In this document: positions 57,201-64,000 of the stretch, piece after piece | How the letters are laid out: each line of letters starts with the position of its first letter | Position numbering within the stretch: position 1 is the stretch's first letter | Program-made: the position numbers and the translations under genes | Assembly (NCBI GenBank): GCA_964016885.1 | Contig: OZ024743.1 | Span: 196,044,001 to 196,108,000 of the forward strand | Source: Eledone cirrhosa | Taxonomy: Eukaryota | Direction of reading: 5' to 3' | DNA: 64,000 nucleotides | Notes under the pieces: model-generated | The model's input: the letters and a program-made list of their open reading frames with translations, nothing else | The model's database searches: none | Told to the model about the DNA's origin: nothing

Positions 57201-58140
57201 CTCTGCTCCGCTCCTCCAGTTCCAGCTCGCTTATCCACCCATTAGTTCTTATTACCCGAGCCTGCCCGGCCAATTTTTTTCATCTAATTTAAATAGACCA
57301 ATCTCGTTCCAGATGTTATGCATCCGTTTCCTATAGCCTTTCTCCTTGGGGTTACACTTCAGGTAACATTGCATAACAGTTCTATTCAATTCTTTCGTCC
57401 AGTTGGTTCTGGTCCCTTTCCTTCTTCTTCCTCTGACACCAGCAGTATTTGGTTGACAGCCAGGTCCCTGCTGCTGAGCTAGGGAGCACCTGCTGGTTTA
57501 GAGTCTGTCACATGACATTCCAGTCTCCACTTCACCGTTATTCGAACTGTTTAGGTTCGACATTTAAACACTCTTATCGAGGATTGGTGAATGTATGGTT
57601 ACATAACCACCGGTGATTTCATCACCTCCGGTGATTTCGTCACTCCCGGTGATTTTAGTGTGGCACTATCACGCTGTAGACGAACATAAATAAACAAACA
57701 AACAAATAGGTAAAAAAAAATCAAAAAAGAATAAGCACAAGTTTCATTGTAATGTAATGTTTGAATGTCTGACTTAGTTTTTTTTTTTTTTTTCTTCCTT
57801 CTCTGTCTGTTTGTCTTTCATTTCTTTACGTTTTTCGTTGTTGCTGTGCTGTTTTGATTTTGATTTTTGGTTTTTTGATTTTTGATTTTTTGACCGGCTC
57901 ATCAAATCAGTCTATTTATATCATTTGATGTCTTCCACTTTTAGTGGGGACACTACGATGCATGTCTTAGCAGGAGGTAGTGGGAGAGATATGCGGCGGT
58001 AGCGATAATGAGGCAGTGGTGGTGGTGGTGGTGCTGTGCTAGTAGTACTTAGCAGGAGGTAGTGGTAGAGAATAGCGGCGGTAGCGATAATGAGGCAGTG
58101 GTGGTGGTGATGTTATCGTAGTACTGTAGTGATGGTGTTG
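54261..58140 (-). mobile_element. Near full-length disrupted R4/Dong LINE
   Basis: Collinear with 58734-62800, with stops, frameshifts and an internal RLE deletion at about 54515. Confidence 0.9.
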
Positions 58141-58164
58141 AAGTTGAAGTAGAAATAGAAGGAC

Positions 58165-58699
58165 AGGCAGTTGAAGTAGAGGAAGGACAGGCAGTTTTCA
58201 TCTGCCTGGTGACCATGGTGAAAGACATTGTATGGTGCACAAAAGGATTGAAGACGGACACTTTCCTCTTTGGCGACTCCCTGATTACCTTTTTCAAATT
58301 TCATTTGAAGAGGAAAATCAGGGGGAATAGGCAAGTGCTGTCTTCTTGTAAGTTTATTGAGTGGTGGGTGAAAGTGGTGAATCTGGTCCGAGTGAACGGG
58401 CTTGTCCAGAGTATGCGCCTGTAGACTGAAGAGTGGGAGAACAGAGAGAGGGCGCTTGCCCTGGTGGTCAGGGTGGCCGTAGACTTTTATGTGGTTTTCA
58501 CCACGAGAGACCCTCGGAGGTTCCACCCTTTTGGGGGAATTTTTTGTTGTTTTAATTTTTTTTATTTGTTTTTACACATTTCTATCTTCTTGTTATAACC
58601 TTTTTACATGGCCCAAACCCACTTTGAATCGTCCTGTACCGTCCTGTGGTCATCTGTAATGTTTTTCTTCATGTTAGCCCTTGTGGCCAATAAAGAAAC

Positions 58700-58700
<1 letters not shown>
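58165..58700 (+). mobile_element. 5'-truncated Tx1 LINE 3' fragment
   Basis: GQAVFICLVTMVKDIVW...FFKFHLKRKIR matches the end of ORF2 at 52830-53077; AATAAA then (TTA)n. Confidence 0.9.
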
Positions 58701-58733
<33 letters not shown>

Positions 58734-58734
<1 letters not shown>

Positions 58735-61700
58735 CTTGAATCTCAGTCATTGATGTTGGTTAACTGGAAAGTCCGTTGGATTGAATATCAAGCCACTACC
58801 TGCAGCCTCAGATATTCAGGACGTATCGGAGGGTTCTTGCCGTTCCAAGCAAGCATGCCTTTTGAAGCGTTCCAAAAAGCGTGAAGGGGCCGATTTTCTT
58901 TAACCATCCCTGGAAACCTTTGGAGATAGTCCCCAGTGCGCCTATGACAATCGGGATCACTTTGACTTCATGGCAGTTCCAAATCCTTTTCACCTCCCAC
59001 TTTAGGTCCTGGTATCGGTTAATTTTCTCCCTCTCCTTCTCTTGCACTCTCGTGTCGAACGGGCAGGCCACATCCACAATCAGGCACGATCTTTTTTCTT
59101 TGTCCACAACCACCAGGTCAGGTCTATTGTGTTCCAGTTTTTTGTCCGTCTGTATCCTAAAATCCCACAGCACCTTCACCTGACTGTTCTCCATCACCGC
59201 CTCTGGCCTATGCTCATACCATTTCTCAGAATGTGGTAGATTGTTTACTTTGCACAGGTGCCAGTGGATCACCCTGCCCATCACATCGTGTCTCCAGCCC
59301 TTATAGTGGGTCTGGGCTAGGTGTTTACACTCGGACACAATGTGAGCCACAGTCTCCTCTCTCTCTCCACAGATCCTGCACAGTGGGCTAGCCTCCTCCT
59401 TGTAGATATGGTGCTTCAACCACTTCGTTTTGAGGGCCTGCTCCTGCGCAGCCATTAGCATTCCTTCTGTAGCCTTTTTGAGGTCTCCTCTTCTCAACCA
59501 GTTCCATGTCTGTGGATCTCTAAATTCAGTTTTCTCAAAGAAGGTACTATGAAGGGATTTTCCCTTAAGGCTGCTCTTCCTCCTTGATGTTATTTCCTCC
59601 TTGGGTATCCCCTGGCCTACTCTCCCCTCCTTCAGTACAGCTCTGAGCATTGGCTCCTTACTATAGGTCACGTATTTGTATAGGTTGTTTTTCTCCATCT
59701 GAACACAGTCCTCTATGCTGATAAGACCTCTTCCACCCTCAGATCTCCTTAGGTAGAGTCTATCGACATCACTCCTCTTGTGGAACATGTTGTAGATAGT
59801 CAATAGCTTCCTAGTCTTCCTATCCATTTCTTTTTGTTCAGCAACATTCCATCTCAGAATTCCCGCACTGTACCTAATAATAGACACAGCTCGGGAATTT
59901 ACTGCGCTTATGGCATTTCTGCTGTTCAGATGTGACTTCAATACGCTCCTTACTCTCCGAATGTATTCAGTTCTTAACAATTCCTTCATTTTTTTGTTCT
60001 TTATGCCATCAGCCTCCAGAACGCCCAAATACTTGTATCCTTCCTCAGAGTCAATTTCCTTTATCATCTCACCTGTTGGTATCTGGATCCCGTTACTTCT
60101 GCTCAACCTACCCCTCCTCATCACAATGACTCCACATTTACCAATACCAAACTGCATACATATATCACTGCTGAAAATACGGACAGTGTCAACAAGCACA
60201 TCCAACTCCTTCTCACTTTTCCCGAAGAGCTTAAGATCGTCCATGAAGAGGAGGTGATTGATGGTAAGCTCTCCCCTTCCCAACTTGTATCCTGCTCTCA
60301 CTTTTCGCAGCATAATGGTCAAGGGCATCAGGGCAAGGACAAACAACAGAGGGGACAGGCTATCTCCCTGGAAGATACCTCTCTTGATCTTCACGCTTCC
60401 CAAGGATACTCCAGTTGATGTCAACTCTGTCTCCCAGGACCCCATACTCCTGCCCAGCAACTCTCTGATGTTATCTGCCACCCTGAAGATCTCCAGGCTT
60501 TTGGTGATCCAGGAATGAGGCACCATGTCAAATGCCTTTCTGTAGTCTATCCATCCCATGGCAAGATCAGTGTGTCTCCTCCTGCAATTCCCCATTACCA
60601 TCTTATCAATAAGCAACTGGTCCTTTGTACCACGTGACTTCTTTCGGCATCCTTTCTGTTCGTCCGGCAACAAGTTGTTTGTGTGGAGGTGATGGTAGAT
60701 TTCCTCAGACACAATGCTCGTCAACAGTTTCCACATTACGGGCAGACATGTGATAGGTCTATAGTTGGTAACATCATTACCCTTGATTCGGTCTTTCATT
60801 ATCAGAACTGTGGTACCTTTTGTCAACCACTCTGGCACCTCACCCGACACCAAGCAGTCATTGAACATGGCCGTCAGCTTCGGGTGGAGGGATGTTAAAT
60901 GTTTAATCCAATACCCCTGCACACCATCTGGGCCTGGTGATTTCCAGTTGGTTAGTTTTTTGGCTTGCCCCTTAAGAGTTTCAACTGTGATACTCAAATC
61001 AGTCTGTTGCTGTGCCTGCTCACCGATCTCCCTCTGTACTGTCTCAATCCACCCTGCCTGGGCATTGTGTCTAACATCCTGCTCCCATATTCCTCTCCAG
61101 AATGTTTTAGCTTGTTCCGCCCCAGGGATCAAGTCGGTGCCTCTTTCTTTCCCCTCAAGCTGTCCAAACAGCATCTTCTGGTTGTTGTCGAACATGCGGT
61201 TCTGTTTATACTGACTGACTCTGTTCTCGTATCGCCTGATTTTGGCACTCTTTGCTACAATGCGTTGCTTCAATTCCTCTATGATAATATTTAGCTTTTT
61301 ACTCCTAGTTTTGTATTTTATTTCCAGTCTATTTTTAGTGCCTATGTTTTTTAGTGTCCCATTCAGTAGTGACTCAAGCTTTCCTATGTCATTTCTCATT
61401 TCCCCGATTTGCCCACTCAGTCGCTTCTTCCACCACGGCTCTGCTCTTTCTTGTCTGTTGTTTCCTCTCGCTTTTATACCAAGTAGTTTCCTCACCGTAT
61501 TTGCTGTTGCTTTGAGGATATTGTTGCACTGGTGAAGACTCCTCGCCTCAAGGTATGGGATGACTTTGTTTACCTTAGCTGTTGTTTCTTTTAACTTTTT
61601 CCTGTCTACAAATCTTAGGTTCATAGGTCTCCCACTATCATTGTTCAACTCATCTACCACTAAATTTAGGATGTCAACCGAATCTTGTCCTAGCCCGTCA

Positions 61701-63277
61701 GCATTCATCTCCTCAGTGGCCGTATCTCTGTTCCAGGTATTATTTATCTCAGTATTCAGATCATTGTCTGCTTCGGGTGGTTCCTCCGCTCTCAGGACCT
61801 CCTCACCTTCATTTCCCGCCGGCTCGCTTGTCTGGCATACTACACCCGCCATCTCCAAGCCATTCTCTCTGCTCAGTTCCTCCAGTTCCAGCTCGCTTAT
61901 CCACCCATTAGTTCTTATTACCCGAGCCTGCCCGGCCAATTTTTGTTCATCTAATTTAAATAAACCAATCTCGTTCCAGATGTTATGCATCCGTCTCCTG
62001 TAGCCCCTCTCCTTGGGGTTACTTTTCAGGTAGCATTGCATAACAGTTCTATTCAATTCTTTCGTCCAGTTGGTTCTGGCCCCTTTCCTTCTTCTTCTTC
62101 CTCCAACATCAGCAGTATTTCGTTGACAGTCAGGTTCCTGCTGCTGAGCCAGGGGGCACCTGTTGGGTGAGAGTCTGTCACATGACGTTCTAGTCTCCAT
62201 TTCACCGTTATTCGAACTGTTTATGTTCGATATTTAAACACTCTTATCGAGGATTGGCGAATGTATGTTTACATAGCCATCTGTGGATCCGCCATCCCAC
62301 TTGGCCCTTGTGTGGCATTATCACCACGCTGTATACGGACACACATAAACAAACAAACACACGGGCAGAAAGGGCCCCAAAAATGAATAAGCATAAGTTT
62401 CATTGTAATGTAGTATTCGAATGTCTGACTTAGTTTTTGTTTTTTAAGTTTTACTTTTTCCCCCCTCTTCTCTGTCCGTCCGCCTGCCTCTCTCTTCATT
62501 CTTATTTTCTTTACGTTTTGGGGGTTTCTTTTTTTGTTTTTGTTTTTCTCTGTTTTTCTCGTTTTTTACTGTTGTTGCTGTGCTGCTTTTGTTGTTTATT
62601 TTTTCTTTTTTCTTTTGAGTCTATCTATATATTTTGATGCCTTCCTCTTTTTTAGCAGTAGGGATTCTATAATGTGGTGGCAGCAGCCAGCTAAAAGAAG
62701 AAGTGGGAGACTGGCGGCGGTAGCGATACTGAGACAGTGGTGGTGGTGATGTCGATACCGAGGCAGTGGTGGCGGTGATGTGACCGTATTACTGTAGCGA
62801 TGGTGCTGTAGCGGTGGCAGCAGTGAAGGAGTGAAGGGGTGGTGGCGGCGGTGATGGGATAATGGTTGTAATGATGGCCGTAGTGATCGGTGGTGGTTTA
62901 GTGTACACAGGTGATAGGGTGGGTGGTGTATCTAGTTTCTGGTGTTGGTGAGTTTGGCTGTTCTATATAGTGTATACAGAGGAGGAGGGGGGGGGGGGGG
63001 GGGGGGGTTCTTCTTCCATTTATAGCCATTTTCTTTTTTGGATATACAGTGTACAATACAAAGTTGAATATTTGAATATTTGAGCCTTATAACAATATAT
63101 TTTGGGTCCGAATTTTTTGGGGCTCAAGCCGGGTGCTTTACGTAGCATTTGTACTAAGAGTTGTTATTTCACAAATGGTTTAAATATGTTAAAAATTCAA
63201 AACTTACGGGAGCGATTTCATGACCTCCGTCACCTCGTGCGTCTTCTTCCCTAATTCCTCGTGCGTCTTCTTCCCTA
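58734..63277 (-). mobile_element. Full-length R4/Dong-clade non-LTR retrotransposon in (TAA)n
   Basis: Single long ORF, about 1.07-kb 5'UTR, about 75-nt 3'UTR, and (TAA)n on both sides. Confidence 0.9.
58808..62200 (-). CDS. RT + CCHC zinc knuckle + restriction-like endonuclease (1130 aa, intact)
   Basis: Motifs [67 protein letters not shown]. Confidence 0.95.
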   Translation of the reverse strand: METRTSCDRLSPNRCPLAQQQEPDCQRNTADVGGRRRRKGARTNWTKELNRTVMQCYLKSNPKERGYRRRMHNIWNEIGLFKLDEQKLAGQARVIRTNGWISELELEELSRENGLEMAGVVCQTSEPAGNEGEEVLRAEEPPEADNDLNTEINNTWNRDTATEEMNADGLGQDSVDILNLVVDELNNDSGRPMNLRFVDRKKLKETTAKVNKVIPYLEARSLHQCNNILKATANTVRKLLGIKARGNNRQERAEPWWKKRLSGQIGEMRNDIGKLESLLNGTLKNIGTKNRLEIKYKTRSKKLNIIIEELKQRIVAKSAKIRRYENRVSQYKQNRMFDNNQKMLFGQLEGKERGTDLIPGAEQAKTFWRGIWEQDVRHNAQAGWIETVQREIGEQAQQQTDLSITVETLKGQAKKLTNWKSPGPDGVQGYWIKHLTSLHPKLTAMFNDCLVSGEVPEWLTKGTTVLIMKDRIKGNDVTNYRPITCLPVMWKLLTSIVSEEIYHHLHTNNLLPDEQKGCRKKSRGTKDQLLIDKMVMGNCRRRHTDLAMGWIDYRKAFDMVPHSWITKSLEIFRVADNIRELLGRSMGSWETELTSTGVSLGSVKIKRGIFQGDSLSPLLFVLALMPLTIMLRKVRAGYKLGRGELTINHLLFMDDLKLFGKSEKELDVLVDTVRIFSSDICMQFGIGKCGVIVMRRGRLSRSNGIQIPTGEMIKEIDSEEGYKYLGVLEADGIKNKKMKELLRTEYIRRVRSVLKSHLNSRNAISAVNSRAVSIIRYSAGILRWNVAEQKEMDRKTRKLLTIYNMFHKRSDVDRLYLRRSEGGRGLISIEDCVQMEKNNLYKYVTYSKEPMLRAVLKEGRVGQGIPKEEITSRRKSSLKGKSLHSTFFEKTEFRDPQTWNWLRRGDLKKATEGMLMAAQEQALKTKWLKHHIYKEEASPLCRICGEREETVAHIVSECKHLAQTHYKGWRHDVMGRVIHWHLCKVNNLPHSEKWYEHRPEAVMENSQVKVLWDFRIQTDKKLEHNRPDLVVVDKEKRSCLIVDVACPFDTRVQEKEREKINRYQDLKWEVKRIWNCHEVKVIPIVIGALGTISKGFQGWLKKIGPFTLFGTLQKACLLGTARTLRYVLNI

Positions 63278-63370
<93 letters not shown>

Positions 63371-64000
63371 TGCATTTATCTTGCTTTATGTTTATACGAG
63401 TTATCACCAAGTCACAACCAGTGACCTCAAGAGACAACAAGGTCCGCCATGTTCAAGAAAGAACATACATATTCACACATGCATCCTTAGTGTTTAAACT
63501 TGTGATGTACTTATATTGACAGGATCTTCCTTAGTATATGGGCAGTTCCCATTAGTACTATCTTTTGTATTTCTCCTATACGCGGGTTTCCTGGGATTTG
63601 CGATAAGTAGTCGTTAGACCCCTTAGGTATCATTCCCAGAGCGCCTACAACCACTGGTATTGTTTTAGTTCTCAATTTCCACATTTTTCCAATTTCTATC
63701 TCCAGGTCCTTATACTTGCTCAATTTTTCAAATGTTTTTATAGATACATTCTTGTCTATTGGAACAGACATATCAATTAGCAGGCATACCCTCCTTTGAA
63801 AGTCCTTCAATATTATATCAGGTCTATTTGCATCTATTTTTCGGTCTGTTTGGATGCTAAAGTTCCACAAGATTGAGATGTGATCTTTTTCAAGTATGGG
63901 AGGTGGCTGATGCTCCCACCAATTCTTTTGATGGGGCAGGTCAAAATGCTTACACATTATCCAATGTATGTATTGTACAGCTCTGTCATGCCTGTTTAGG
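63371..64000 (-). mobile_element. 3' end of a second R4/Dong-type family (ORF stop at 63511)
   Basis: WNFSIQTDRKIDANRPDII..IDMSVP..KLSKYKDL..GTAHILRKIL; (TAA)n tail at 63278-63370. Confidence 0.9.

Noticed and set aside
59910-62003. Plus-strand ORFs overlapping the Dong elements
   Set aside because: They are antisense shadows of the RT ORF.

Overview
This is eukaryotic, AT-rich and microsatellite-saturated DNA. The SINE family looks like that of octopod cephalopods (recognised from memory, not searched). No host protein-coding gene could be supported, and almost all short ORFs in the track are microsatellite artefacts. The window is dominated by retroelements. (1) 1-34.7 kb: several Penelope-like element (PLE) families inserted in (TA)n tracts. 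These include two large degraded elements (Neptune-like at about 21.4-25.35 kb, Naiad-like at about 26.6-32.2 kb) and many small inverted-repeat remnants. About 17 type I hammerhead ribozyme (HHR) motifs can be read by eye, and three unrelated families carry a compensatory U3-A8 core. The Naiad-like endonuclease linker has an in-frame TGA at a conserved Cys position (candidate selenocysteine). (2) 43.5-64 kb: a LINE cluster on a (TTA)n microsatellite, with a full-length disrupted Tx1/L1-clade element, one intact-ORF R4/Dong-type element (1130 aa) and several fragments. The Tx1 and Dong elements appear to share a homologous 5' terminal module. (3) Many tRNA-derived SINE copies plus CRE-like and CR1-like remnants. 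Element boundaries are estimated by eye.
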